Shown in pieces: positions 14,416 through 28,504 of a stretch of 64,000 bases of DNA. This DNA comes from Schizochytrium sp. TIO01. Its lineage: Eukaryota; Protista; Bigyra: Labyrinthulomycetes. Under the pieces are notes generated by a model. It was not told the origin of the DNA. It did not search any database and worked only from the letters and a program-made list of their open reading frames with translations. A program made the position numbers and the translations under genes. The stretch spans positions 2,239,270 through 2,303,269 of the forward strand of contig SMSO01000007.1 in assembly GCA_004764695.1 (NCBI GenBank). The letters run 5' to 3'. The first letter of the stretch is position 1, and each line of letters begins with the position of its first letter.

Positions 14416-15730
14416 GCGACGCTCTCTCACTATTGGGACTCCACATTCGCATTCTCACACATCTCACGGCGCTGTCCCCTGAGATGGTAGGCAGTTGCCT
14501 AGCTAGCCGTAGCTTCCGTGTTATTCCGTTAGGTCGCTGAAGTTGGCAGCGATACCTACCTAGTTACTTACCTATAGAGCTAGCTAGCTACCTAGTGTGC
14601 AGTGTGTGGTACCTAGGCCATTTGTTTTTGCTGTATATTACTTCTTTTTTTTTTTATAAAGAAAAATAGTTTACTAGGTTTTCAGTTTCGTTTATAATTT
14701 GGTCATGTTTTTGCTGATCAAGTCAGGAGGGAGGTAATCGCATTTCGTTGGCCATTGCTTCCGTGGGCTTTGCTTGCTGTCGGGCCCCTCTGCTGGTCGG
14801 TCTGCGTGTCAGTCAACCAACAAAAGAAGACAATCGCTGACAAACAGACAAACGAAGAAACAAACAGGCAAGCAAACAGACCGACCGACAAACCGACAGA
14901 CATACAGAAACACAGACATACAGAAAAGACAGACAGACTCACAGACAGACAGACTCACAGACAGACAGACTCACAGACTGACAGACAGAAAGAAAAAAGA
15001 AAAAGCAGACCAACAAACACATAAACATGCATCCTGCATATCAAAAACCAGTAGTGCAAAGCATTTAACAGACAGACAGCACAGACGTGCACCAAAAGTG
15101 CGGAGGAAGTGAAGGAGCGAGAAGAATTGAATTGCGAGCAGTCAAACACATAAATAAACAAATAAACAAAGAAACAAAGAAACAAAGAAACAAAGAAACA
15201 AAGAAACAAAGAAACAAAGAAATGCATGGATGAATCATTCGCATGCATGCGTGAATTGGGTAAAAGAAAGAAGAGAGAGGCTGAGGCGACCAGCGCATTC
15301 GTCCAATTCAGTCCGGGCATGAGCCCAGCAAGTTCAACGATCAGTTTCGCTCGCTGGCATGCATGCAGCAACCTTCTCTCTCTCCGCCTCTCTCCCTCTG
15401 CGCTCGCATGAGTCGCTCTCCATCTTGAAAAGTGGACCTCGCCTCGAAATTGTTTCTCCCGTTCCTTCTTCTGCTACTCATCCAACTTCGAGTCACCAGG
15501 AGGGCGATCAAAATCAGCTTTGAGTTTTGTTTCTCTAAGATATTAAGATGTATCAAATCGATAGTGAAACTACTTGGGCAGCTGCCTCAGGAAATAGCTG
15601 AGTTCTGTGGAATGTCCCGTGGCAAAAGAAACAGCAGCGAAGACTCGAGCAGAGCAGAGCACAGCGCAGCGCAGCACAGAGCTCCAGACTGTGCTCTTTG
15701 GCTTGGAATAAGCAAGTTCGTACGCTGTTC

Positions 15731-16051
15731 AAACAAACAAACAAACAAACAAACAAACAAACAAACAAACAAACAACTTGAAACAAACAAACAAACAACT
15801 TGAAACAAACAAACAACTTGAAACAGACAAACAAACAAACAACTTGAAACAAACAAACAAACAAACAAACAAACAAACAAACAAACAAACAAACAACTTG
15901 AAACAAACAAACAAACAAACAAACAACTTGAAACAAACAAACAAACAAACAACTTGAAACAAACAAACAAACAAACAAACAAACAAACAAACAAACAACT
16001 TGAAACAAACAAACAAACAAACAACTTGAAACAAACAAACAAACAAACAAA
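15731..16051. repeat. Compound (AAAC)n array punctuated by AACTTG
   Basis: Ten AAAC runs separated by nine identical AACTTG interruptions. Confidence 0.95.
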
Positions 16052-17105
16052 GAGATTATTACAGCCGCGTGAACTAACAGACAGCGAAAGAAGAAGAGGC
16101 CCTCGTTCAGTTTTCGCGTAAAATTCAAAGAATTAGCTGGTCAGGACCAATGAGAAACACATCGCCTCATCGCTCAAGGTTTGATATGTTAACAGTGAAA
16201 CAGACAGGGCTGGGTTTCAGGAGATGCATGGCATGACATGGATTGGGCTTGGGAGGTCTTTTGCCGTGACATGCCTGGAGACCGCATCCGTGAAGGAGCC
16301 AAACTGGACTGCTCTTTGGCGCTTGGTCCGCAAACCAACCTGTGAATAGATGAATGACTCACAGAAATCAACAGCGCACAGCGTGTCCATCTAGAACTGT
16401 AAATAAGTAATCGTTCATTTCATTTCACCCCTCTTTCTTTTACTCAATGCATGTTCTTTTTTAAATAAATGAAATGGAGCGACTGCTTTTCATAAGATAT
16501 TTAATACTTTTAGTTAGAGCCAATGTGGGATTTAAAAAAAAAAAAAAAAGAGTAAATAATGAGAATGTAATTATATCTGTAAAGGAGTCCAGTTAGCAGA
16601 CCAGGCTTGCGTTTACTGCATTTCTATTTTCGTTCTCTCCCCTTTTTTATTTCTTCTTCTTGCTCTTCATATTTTTATTTAAAATGAAAATACGAAAAGG
16701 GAAGAAGAAAAAGAAAAAGAAATAGGGTTCATGAAAACTATTTTCTCTTTCACTTCAATAATGCTTTAGTTCTTTTCTTCTGCCCACCTGTGCCTGTCTT
16801 TCATCTCTGTTCTATATTTGCCGCCACGACCTACCTACTAAATAAACTGACCAGTACTACTCATTGAACGATTTCTTTCTTTTGTCTTGGATGATAATGA
16901 TGACATGGGCCTTTCTTTGCATATCTATCTACCGCAGAAAGAAGAATAAATGCATGCATCCATGCATGCATGCATGCATCGCCGTCAGAAGAACCACGTA
17001 CTCTCAGCAGATACGAGCAAGTACGTAGGTATGTAGGTAGGCAGGTGGGCGCCTTTGCAGTCCTTCGGTGGAATCCATTTCACTCCTCGGCACCAACAAA
17101 GGCCT

Positions 17106-17145
<40 letters not shown>

Positions 17146-18745
17146 AATTGATTGATTGAACGTCATGTTGATATTTTAGGGGGGGGGGGGGAATAAAAGA
17201 AAAATATATTTTAACTCATTGTAAAAAGCTTTATAAAATGAATAACTTAGAACCAGGTACATCGGAAGACTGAGAGAGAGAAAGAGTTTTCGCAGGACCT
17301 TTCTACTTACAGGACTAGGTAGATAGATCGACGGGTACTACCTACACAGGGAATAAATAACAAACATCTGCATATATTATTGACGGTACAGAAGGTGAAA
17401 GAAAAGGCACGATGTTTGGAAAAGCAGCAAAAGCAGCCAAAGCAGCTGCATCATCATCATCAAATTTGCCAGTGGAGACCCATTTATTTGGTCGCCACCG
17501 TGGCTCCAGCAGAAGAAGACAGACCTGCCTCTGCTGCCTGTTCTCTCTCTCTCTCTCTCTCTCTCTCGCGGAGCGGAGCGGAGGAGCGGCCTCCCGTCCG
17601 TGCGGATGCTCCCAGGCGAAGCTGTCGCAGTTTAGCTGCAAAGCAGCGCAATGCGGGGATCAACTCCAAAGGAACTCCTCCACGGCGGCCCTCCTCACCC
17701 ATCAGTGTGCCCAAAGTCTTCTTTCTCTCTTTCTCTCTTTCTCTTTCTTTCTTTCTCTTTCTCTTTCTTTCTTTCTCGCTGCCTTTCTCTGCCTTTCAGA
17801 GGCGTCGCTCATTTCCTTTCCCTTTCACTCTGTTTATCCTGGGGATGAGAGAGAGAGACTGAGAAAGAGAGAGAGGAAAGAAGAAAGAAAGAAAGAAAGG
17901 GCGCCGCCTCCTCAGAGAATGAACAAGAAAAAGAATTACAGAGTTGTTCAATTGGCTGCTTCTCCTCTCGGCCTGTTCTGTTCTCCTGCAAGCCAGCCAG
18001 CCAGACCTACCTCAGGCACGTATGCTGGCCGGAGTCCATTTCCTTTTCCTGCTTCCGGCCTGTTCTATCTCTCAATCGATCGATCAATCGAGAGATGGAC
18101 GAATGGAGAACTCCCGTCGCAGCATGCATGGATCCACGGCAGTAAGCCTGCCTGGCTGGGCAAAGCAAACACGCTCGCAGTGGCTTGTCTGCGGCGCCAC
18201 AGCCTTGCGGAGTCGAAGAACTGCCACCGGTTTAGTTGTCTTGTGATTTCGTTCTTTCCTCTGTTTGTCTCTTTGTTTGTCTGTTTTTCTCCTTTTTATT
18301 TCTTTCTTCTTTGCTTCTTCGTTTGTTTCGCCTCTGTTTCCTTTGTTTGCCTGTTTGATAGAGTCATCAACAGTCCATCCAGGTTGGTACATACATACAT
18401 GTGACCAACAAAAGTTGGTTTTTGTTTGTTTGTAGAACCAGGCGCTGCCACTTCTTCTGAGTAATTAATAGTGGTTTCAATTGAAAACATTGACGCCAAC
18501 CTCGACATCGTGGCTGCTTCGCGATCATCGCCATCGAAAGAAATACTCAGGCGCTGATTACGACCAAGAGCCTGGGCCTGCTCGTAGTGCTCGTAGCCAG
18601 GCAGGCCCCGAAGCAAGCTGGTTCTCCCCTGCGCCACCGCCATCCTCGCCGCTGGAGAGCGGGCGTTCCCGTGAGAACCCCGTTCTCTCCGTCTCTCTGT
18701 CTGTCCATCCTTGCTCAAACAAACTAAGCTCCACCACTCTGCGGC

Positions 18746-18915
<170 letters not shown>

Positions 18916-19915
18916 GCGCAGTAATAGGAGGCGGAGCAGGAGGCAGTTCTCTCCAGTAGCACCTCCTACTGCCTGCCTAGCCAGCTGTTATATTTCCAAG
19001 CGCCTTCTGAGTTCTTCTCTCTGCGAAGAAGAAAGCGCCGAGCTTGGGCTGATTCCTCCTGGATACTTGAGGCAATGCACCTGAGCACCGCGAAGACACG
19101 TGTGGGAGGCGCTCAGAGGCGGCCTCGGGGCGGCTTGTGGCGCTCTAGACCTCGAGATGTGCTCGCCTCCGCAAGAACTCCTTCTTCTCTTCGTTCAAGG
19201 CTGTGGAATTACAAGGAAGACCTAGCTAGCTAGGTAGGTAGGTAGTGGTAGTAGTAGGAGTACTACTGTCATTATTGTTTTCTTCGCTTAATCTACTAAG
19301 ATGAAAATAAACAACTTTTTATTTTATTTTACAGTGGAATGAAACTCCGTTACCTCATGAGCGACGATAGAGAGTCTGGCGAGGAGGACTGCGAAAGAAA
19401 GAATGAAATCACGGACCTCCCGTTCCAAGGCAGTACGTAGTAGTAGACCATGGATGCCCACCCATCATTCGAACCGACTTGACCCCTCAGTTTGCCTTTT
19501 TCAAGATGTCGCGCAAACCTAACGAATCGAAAGAAGAGAATTACAACAGATGTCATTCATGGATTGTCACAGCTGCAGCAATTTCTTTCCAAACTCAAGA
19601 TTGGCCGGCCTTTCCCCAAAGCCGTGAACCATTCGGACTGCGCTCTGGAGAACATGCTCTGCTCTGCTCTGCTCTGCTCTGCTCTGCTCTGGCTCCTCCT
19701 TCTTCGCCCATTGTTGCCTTTTCTTGCCGCTCTCAGAGCCTCTTCTCTCTCGCTCCCAGCCTCAGCACGGAAGAAGAACCAAGTCTGAGACAGACAGACA
19801 GACAGACAGAACGAACATGCATACTGTTATCATACTGTTATCCCTTTCCTTTCTTCTTTCTATTGCTTAGTTTTCCATTATTCCTTTGTTCCTTACTCAG
19901 TCGATGCAGCGCAGG

Positions 19916-20262
<347 letters not shown>

Positions 20263-22122
20263 CCCTACCCACAGCCAAACTATCCTTTAGAACGTAGCGC
20301 CTCAGGGAGAGAGAGAGGGAGAGAGGGAGAGAGAGAGAGTCGTAGTTAAGCATTCACGGAGAACACCTGTGCATGTATCGGAATGCATGCGTCATTGAGG
20401 CCAGAGAAATACAGAAGTAGGCACCCTCTTTTCAAAATAGGGGCTTTTGCTTCTCTCTTTGCGACTAGTGACTTCTCCCTTTCTTTCCTACCTTCGGTTT
20501 CTAGTTCTGCCTGTTTTTCCCTCCCCGTCTCTCCTGCATCCATCTGTCAAGGCAGAAAGCAGCGCGGCGGTATCTTGAGGAGGGAGAGAGAGAGAAAGAA
20601 AGTTTGAAATTGAGAGACTCGCTTCGCGTCACAGCATTTTTTCTCTCTCGTTCTCTGTGCTGTGCCCTCGTAAATAGAAGAATTTAGAAAGTATTATTTT
20701 ATTAATCCTGTCCTGCATTTTATATAAAGATGCTGTTCTGCTAAAACTGTTGTTTATAGTAGTTGCAGTTGTGGGGCGCTTTCTCTTTCTTCGATTGCTT
20801 GACTAGTAGATAATCTATAGCAGTACGTACTGGAGCTATTCGCGTCCTCTGTAGAGGTAGTTGAAACAACAAAGTTATTGCATTAATTTTCCTTTCATTT
20901 GACTTTTTTTTAATTTTATTTTAAAAGATGATGATATGAATATTAGTTTAATTTCAGAAGTATAAAACTTTCGTCTTCTTGCCGTCCACTCGATACTGTT
21001 AAAAAGGATTTTAAAAACATTTCCTCACGATTCTCTATTTAAATCGGACGATCTGTTTCATCTGTTCTTTTCAAATCAAATAGTCAAGTTTTCGAGGAGA
21101 AGCGAATACGCCTCCGGAAGCAAAAACGGTGGCTGACGCAAGGAACGAAAACCTGCGGAGGAAAAGAAAAGAAAAGAAAAGAAAAGAAGAAGAAACGTAC
21201 TAAGCCCTCTCGCTTATATTATTACTGCTCATTTTCTACTACGCCGAATACGCCTTCTTCGCTGGCGTTGACCTTCTTATCAACAATAATATGGAGCGAA
21301 AGTTTTTTTTTTTGGCTTTAAAATTCACTCCAATCCATCCTTAGGCGCTTCTTCTCTCTTCTTTCTTTTCAACTTAAAAAAAAAATATATTATTATTATT
21401 ATTAAATTAAAAAGGCTGCTAACGAAAAATGGAACACCTGATTATTGTGAAGAGGAATGATCATTTTTCTTCTTAGCTGCGCTATGCTATTTGCTTCCCT
21501 TGGGAAATAAAAGGAGTGATATGCTTAGTCGTTATCGCGATTCGCGTTTGAGGCGCCGATCCATTCAGTCACCCATCGTTGAGATCGAGGCAAATATTAG
21601 GTTTCTTCAGATGATGTGGGTTTGACAGTTGACTGCGAGCCAAGCAGAGCGAGCCTTGGGCTTTCCTCTCTCTCTTGCCGTCAAGTTTTCAACTAAAAGA
21701 AAAGGTATTTGTTACATGATGTTAACCAAAGGAGATTTAACGAACGAACGAAGGAAAGAATGAAATCAATTCACAATTTCCCTCGTTTGCCAAAGAAGAA
21801 AGGAAGGAAGGAGGAAGAAAGAACAACAGAAAAAGCAGAAAAACAGATTTCAAAATAGATAAATAGCAAAGAGGCTGGCAGACAGAGGTAAAGATGGCCT
21901 AGTCGCTGCTTTCGTTAGATGGCCGCAGATGGGCAGAGAGAGACAGAGAGAACAAGACTGAAGAACGGAAAACCTTCTAAAGAACGAGCGAAAGAACGCA
22001 GAGCGGCATCCATGCACGAGGGAGTGAGCTTAGCTTAGCCTTCTTTTTCATTCATCCATTCAACAGAAAGAAAGAAATGAGTCATTGGGTCAGCCGGATA
22101 GCTGGAAGGCAGGTTAACGAAA

Positions 22123-22154
<32 letters not shown>

Positions 22155-22491
22155 AAAAAAAAAAGGAAAAGAGAAAAAACAGGCTGTCGTTCATCATTAA
22201 AAACTCGCCTTCAAGAAGCAAAAGCAAGGAAGGAAGGAAGAAGGAATTTAGTTAGTTAGGTAGTTGGTTGGCCTCCTCTAATCGACCAGTGCGCGAGAGT
22301 GCCGTTCTGTGCACCGCGGGAGTGCCTCGAGTCAGAGTCGAGTGCCTCTGCTTCGCTGAGCCAGTGTTGGATTGTGTTTGGCTTGTGCCCTTCAGCTTCG
22401 CAGCTTCGCAGCTTCGCAGCTTCGAAGGCCAAAGCCCGCCCTCCCTCCTTCTCTGCCTGCGTCTCTCTGCCTCTCTCTGCGCGGCTCGTGT

Positions 22492-22532
<41 letters not shown>

Positions 22533-22709
22533 TTTCTTAGCTTGCGCTTTGTTGCGATGGATGAGTGGATTCTTCTTCAATCAATTGATTGTTCATTTGC
22601 TCATTTATTAGGAGGAGCAAAAAAGCTGCTGCTTTCTCTCTTTCTCTTGGCTGATTTCTTTTTGTTTGTGAAAGAAAGCAGATGAAGAACAGACAAGATT
22701 GAAGCTCCG

Positions 22710-22763
22710 TTTGGTTTGGTTTGGTTTGGTTTGGTTTGGTTTGGTTTGGTTTGGTTTGGTTTT
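22710..22763. repeat. (TTTGG)n pentanucleotide microsatellite
   Basis: Perfect array. Confidence 0.93.
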
Positions 22764-23269
22764 TAAAGTCTGCAGCCAATGTGATCCATTTGCCTTTTTG
22801 GTGGCGTCGTTGCTTTTGGCGACTTCTTTCTTGCGTGGGTTGGGTCCAGGTACATAAATACATACATGCACACGTCTCCACCCACCACTCTGCTGCAGTC
22901 AGTTTGATCAATTTCATTGAAACCTGAAAATCGGACATGGAAGCGCGTTCTCGTTTGCTGCAGTTGATTCTTGGAGGTCTTCTTCTCCCTTTTGACTCTC
23001 TCTCTCTCTCTATCTATCTATCTCTTTCTCTCTCTCCCTCTCTGTCACTCTCTCTCTCTCTCTATCTCTGTGTCTCCTCAGCATTTTTTAATCTAAATAG
23101 TCTAAATCTAAACGAAGAAATTCAAAATTTAAACAACTTTTTTTAAGAGCTTTAAAAAAGCTTAATAGCTTTTTTGTTTAGATTAAAGGGAAAACAAACC
23201 AGCACTGGACCGAAAGAAATCGTCATTTACCTAAAGCATTTTCGTATCCATTATTAATTTCTTTATCTT

Positions 23270-23333
23270 AATAAAATAAAATAAAATAAAATAAAATAAA
23301 ATAAAATAAAATAAAATAAAATAAAATAAAATA
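23270..23333. repeat. (AAAAT)n pentanucleotide microsatellite
   Basis: Perfect array. Confidence 0.93.
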
Positions 23334-24292
23334 TTATTTTTATTTTCTTCTATGTCAGGAATTTATTTGCCAACCAACCCAGACAAGAAACTGTATGTTT
23401 AGAAGAAGAAAACATTCTGATTAACCAAAGGGAAAGGAAGAAAATGAAGAAAAGGAAGGAAGGAAGGAAGGAAGGAAGGAAGGAAGGAAGGCAAAGAGAA
23501 TGGAAGTGAGGAAGTGAAGTGAAGAAGTGAGGAAGTGAAGTGAAGTGAAATAAATGAAAGAATCTAAAAAATGAAAGAAGAATTCAAAAGCAAAGCCCGA
23601 ACGAGCGATCGATCGATCGATCGATTGATTAGCCCGAGCAGCATCCGCATCAGTCAGCGCAAGGAGGAGTGCATAGGCTTCGCCAAGGAGCACCGCACCC
23701 CCGACATCGACCAGCAGCTCGACTCGCAGCATCCCAGCCGAGCCGCCCCGGACCGCCATCCGTAGCGGAGCACCGAGGGAGGAGCGAGCAGACAGGAAAA
23801 CCACAAGGGCGCGGCGCGCGTGCTCATTGAAGTTTCTTTTTCTGCTTTAGTTTTTCCCACTAGCTAGGCTAGCGAGAGACAGAGAGAGACAGAGAGAGAG
23901 AAGACGCAACAAATAATCAATTAAATAAAACAAACCAACAAAGTGAAAAAGCAAAGCCAAGGAAGTGAAGTGAAGAACTGTTCAACAGCAAACCAGAAAC
24001 CCAAATCGCAAGCCAAGCACCAAGTGCCAGGAGAGCGCACCTTGAGGTCTGCCCCTAGCTGTTGTTGTTCCTGTTGTTGCTGCTGAAGGTGTTCCTCTTC
24101 TAGCACCAGCAGCACACAGTCGCAAAGGCACCTAGCTATCGCTGAGCCAGAGCCAGGAGCAGAGGCACCAGGCAGAGTGCTCTGTCGCGGACTAGCAGAA
24201 TATAATAATAGCCAGTCAGACCGAAGAGCTCAGGCACAGCTTGAGAGGCAGTCTTTGCACCCCCAAAAGACCCCTTTGGTGAAGTGCAGAAA

Positions 24293-25651
24293 ATGCAGAC
24301 CGACGGCAGGTTTGCAGGCTACCCGACGCAATTTGCATTTCCTAACAGCAACGCGACCAAGATGACACTCAAGAGACGTAGCGACGACGAGTCGTACGCC
24401 TCCCAGAAAACAACATCCCTACCACATGATATCGAAACTGGAGCCCCAATGCCCGCATACGGTAACCACATGAAGCAGCTCCAGCAGCAACATCAGCAGA
24501 CCCACCACGAGGAGGACCGTACCCCATTGGCCAGCCCTGCCACCCCTGCCAACCTCCACCTTAACCAGGGAATTATGAACATCGCTGGCACTAATGCCCC
24601 GCCCCCGCCGCCTCCCTTGGGCAATCATCTCGCTATGATGCAGCAGAATTCCGGCTCCGTACCTGACAGCTCTGGTCTATCCAAGGGCGGCGCAGGCGGC
24701 TTGAGCAAGCCTTTCAAGTGCCCCAAATGCACCAAGAACTTTGCCACGCGCCAAGGTCTCCAGAGCCATACGCAGAACCAGCATCTTAACAAAAAGACTT
24801 ACGAGTGCCCGCAATGCAACAAAAAGTTCTCTGCCAACGGGAGCCTTAAGCGCCATGTGGACACCGTGCACAAGCGCAAGCGCGACTTCCAGTGCCTGCG
24901 CTGCGGTAAGCTCTTCGCACTCAAGCATCACCTCAAGAACCACATGATCACCGTGCACCACGAGAAGAACGTGGATCTCTCAGGCGTCAAGCCCATCACG
25001 CGGAGACCCTCACCTGCCCCAATGCAACATAACGTTGCTGCTGCTCCGTTCATGCCGCCCCGCCAAGAGCGTCGTGAGAGCTCGTACTCGGTCTCTTCGT
25101 TTGGTCTTTCAGCACCCCTTTTTGGAATGCTCACTGGCAACACTGGGCCCTCAGCCCCGGCCTCGTCAATGTCCTCGCTCTTTGACATGGGCGTTTTGGG
25201 CGGTGGTAACAGCTACGGCAACACCATGCCCAACCTTTCGGGACTTCCACACGATGACATGCACCACCACAACAACAACCACAGCTCGTCCCACAACAAC
25301 CAAGGCTACGACGCCAATGTTGCAGACTTCCGCACGCTTCTGGGATCCATGAACTATGGAAACCAACACGGAGAAGATGACGTGCAGAACACCCTCTCTT
25401 CCCTCACTAACAACTCCGGCCTCAACGATGATATGGGCCACTCTGGGTTCCCTGCCTTCATGGGATACAACCACAACTCAGCGTCTTCCTCCTCGGGAGC
25501 TCACAAGGACTCGCAACGCAGAACATCCGTCTTCGAGGGCGTACCTGTTGTGCCTTTCAACACGCAGCTCGGCTTCAACTCGGATAAAACGTTCTCTGGC
25601 ATGTCACACATACCGTCCATGTCATCCTCGTCCTCTTCCAGCAATCACTAA
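24293..25651 (+). CDS. C2H2 zinc-finger transcription factor (3 fingers), ~452 aa, intronless
   Basis: First ATG at 24293 (MQTDGRF...). Three C-x2-C-x12-H-x4-H fingers (FKCPKC...HTQNQH, YECPQC...HVDTVH, FQCLRC...HMITVH) flanked by Q/P/N/H/S-rich low-complexity regions. GC3-rich codons. Confidence 0.93.
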   Translation: MQTDGRFAGYPTQFAFPNSNATKMTLKRRSDDESYASQKTTSLPHDIETGAPMPAYGNHMKQLQQQHQQTHHEEDRTPLASPATPANLHLNQGIMNIAGTNAPPPPPPLGNHLAMMQQNSGSVPDSSGLSKGGAGGLSKPFKCPKCTKNFATRQGLQSHTQNQHLNKKTYECPQCNKKFSANGSLKRHVDTVHKRKRDFQCLRCGKLFALKHHLKNHMITVHHEKNVDLSGVKPITRRPSPAPMQHNVAAAPFMPPRQERRESSYSVSSFGLSAPLFGMLTGNTGPSAPASSMSSLFDMGVLGGGNSYGNTMPNLSGLPHDDMHHHNNNHSSSHNNQGYDANVADFRTLLGSMNYGNQHGEDDVQNTLSSLTNNSGLNDDMGHSGFPAFMGYNHNSASSSSGAHKDSQRRTSVFEGVPVVPFNTQLGFNSDKTFSGMSHIPSMSSSSSSSNH

Positions 25652-28504
25652 AACACACTACTACACTCGTTCGCCCAATTTTGCCAAAATATTAAGACAG
25701 AGGACATACAACATCCCCACATGCAAAGAATCTTGCAAGCGCCACCGATGCAAATGCCGAAGTGGCCTGATGGACCGATAATCCTGACGTCCACGAGGCA
25801 CACAATTTGATAAGAACACGCATGCACTCTTCTGTCTACACTCATTGCATGTGTTTTTAGTCAACTTGTGTGACCTAACCTATGGTGTTTGTTCACTGAG
25901 TGTGTCCTCATGTATTTCTCCTCTCCTTTTGGCACCCACCACGCCCTCTATAACCCCCGACCAGAGACGGCACCTCCTCAATTGTGACCCTTACAACATC
26001 GTCTTGGTTGTCGTCGTCTTCCCCATTGGCCTCCGCTCCTATGAAATAAATGAAGAAATGAGACGAGTCCATACATATACATTCTCCACTCTATTGCTCG
26101 GAAAACCATCGAAAGGGTCAAGACCTTTTGTTTAGATCTCTTCCGTGGCTTTCGTCTACGCTTCGACGTTTTATTGTGTATGGTTGGAATGGATAGTAGT
26201 ATTGCCAGATCTATAGCTTAGTTAGCTCCCGATGAGATGTGTTTGTTCTCATATTTTTGTGTGAGTGTTCTGACTGATGAGGAATGAGGAATGGAGCAAC
26301 TTATAGGAGGCTTCCCCATTTTTTTTTTTCCCATGTTAGCTCTAGCACAAATCTTTCCGTTGATCACCCGCTCCGAAAGATCTTATACAAATAAATAAAA
26401 GACCCCACGCAATTCCAAGATACATACAAATCCAAAAAAAATAACATTCCGTAAACCGCCGCCCCATGTTCTCGATCACAGATATACCAAACTAATTGAT
26501 ATTATTCTACCTGCTAATTCTTTTTCTTTCTAGCTCATGTCCTGTCGATACGTACATACACTTATATCTAATTCTCTTCCATGTCCATATTTTTTTTCAA
26601 GAATCCTCTCAACACTATCTCAAAAGAGATGGAGAAAATCCGTCAATCATGCAAACCTTCACTTGACTCGGTTCGCTCATTTGCAAAAACTCTTTTATCA
26701 AACTATATCACCTACTAGTAGGTACTGGCGCCGGCAACACACTACCAAGTCGCCTTTGATGTCCCACCTTTTGCCCAAAAGATTTTGAATACTCAAATCT
26801 CAAATTACATCTTCCCATCCCTCTTTCCTCATTCCATTCTGGGGTTTTTGCTCATCAGCAGCCACAAGCGCTAACAGTCTTGGTGCTGGTTCTCTTCACA
26901 CACATGCTCACTTTTGTTACATGCATTGCAAAAGCACTGCTTTCCATTATCATCCCAAATAAACCGAGTTCAACTTTTTAGTGCGGATACTGTCTCACAA
27001 ATTAGGTAAGTGAGATTGCTATTTTCGCACTTGCTCACCATGCACTCACCTCCAAGTAGATAGCCACCCCAAGACACCGGCTGTATGTAAGTGGGAAGCA
27101 GTGTTACTGAGCACCTTCTGCACCTCAGTGCAGCAAGTACATCCACGACCTACGAGAACCTCTATTCCTTCTTCGAGGACGTGGCTACCAGTGTACCTAG
27201 GCACCTGCTGAAATCTCCAATCGAAGAAACGAGAGGACAAGACATCGCTAGAGTTCTTGGGGTCCCTTTGCAAAGACCTCATAGACAGACGCAGAACTTA
27301 CAATAAAGTAGAACGAGACAACAAGACTTACGTAGTTGCTGAAGCAAAGAACCAAAAATGTGCCTACCAAGTATAGTGTATCTTGAATTGATGATTGCAA
27401 AGGTTGAATCAACCTAACCCCATCAAGTATCTCTAACACAGTTCGAGAGTGTCTTAGCCTTCAAATTACTACATGAGTCAGTCTACCAAGTTCGCTAACT
27501 CTTGAAATCGCCCTTCCTAAAGCCTTCATCAAGATCATTGCCTTCACCTTTACAGTCAACCTCCAGCTGACCTTTTTCATCTTTCAGCAACCTACCTACC
27601 TTCAGGCATCATCAAAAAGAGTTGCACGCCGTTCTCAAACCACGGATTACAATAGTTGGTATTGTTTTGCAGATACGAAAGAACAAAATGGATGAGATTA
27701 GACCATGAGTTCTCTCCCTATGTATTTCTTTTGCCCACGTTTTGAGTCCGCGTTGATTAGAGGTCAAACCCAAGAACCCCATCTTCATAAATATATTGGA
27801 AAGTGCGCATAACTGTATCGGAGCGATGCGATTCAACTTGCGCACATCAACTAAATCTTCCCGGGCCAACTTTACTGCTTACTTTCAGCACATTCAGTGG
27901 GATAGTCCTTAGTTCCCAAATTGGATTTATATCTTACCCACATGACACAAGCTGAAGTCAGTTGTATTCCAGTCAGCTCTTTAACATCTATCTAGACGGC
28001 CTCTGGGAGCCGGGTCATTTAAACTATATATCGAAGTATCTTCCGACATTGTCATTTTCCAATATGCAAATCCGCAAAAGTTGCCAGCCTATCTTTAACT
28101 TGCTGCACCTTCACTCAACTTGAATGAGCAAATTGGACCTTTGCTAGACTCAAAGCCAACAAGTAATAATTCATCCGTACCTCTTCTTCATGACTTAGCA
28201 AAAAGACAAAAAACAAACCAAAAAAGAACATCTGCAAAGTTGTATATCGTCAACATCAAGAGAAAATGAATAGAAACAATCGGAGGATTTACCTTCAACA
28301 TTTAGCTTAGAATCATATGCAAATCGTATAAAGCCGGTTACTAAGTATCCAACTTTGGGCGCCTTCGCTAGTTTAACATGGGCAAAACCACATAAGCAAA
28401 CCACAACCCCACTATCGTTACTTGGAGAAAACCTTCCCGTTCACAGATATAAATAAAAGGTGGGTAAGCACTAATTTATTTCACAATCCGTCTTGCCTAG
28501 CTAG

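Noticed and set aside
15432-16128. ORFs up to 191 aa and a CRISPR-like periodic look
   Set aside because: SSR translation. The 'spacers' are just AAAC runs, and the context is eukaryotic with no cas genes.
17412-18404. 330-aa ORF
   Set aside because: Non-ATG-supported coding signal is lacking: it is a patchwork of CT, CTTT and GAAA repeats with no domain or codon bias.
19455-19490. GGTTCGAAT T-loop-like motif on the minus strand
   Set aside because: No T-stem pairing, A-box or cloverleaf, so it is not a tRNA.
26900-28450. Short ORFs between the C2H2 and TRAPPC2L genes
   Set aside because: All are under 90 aa with frequent stops and no recognisable homology, so I cannot support a gene or pseudogene call.
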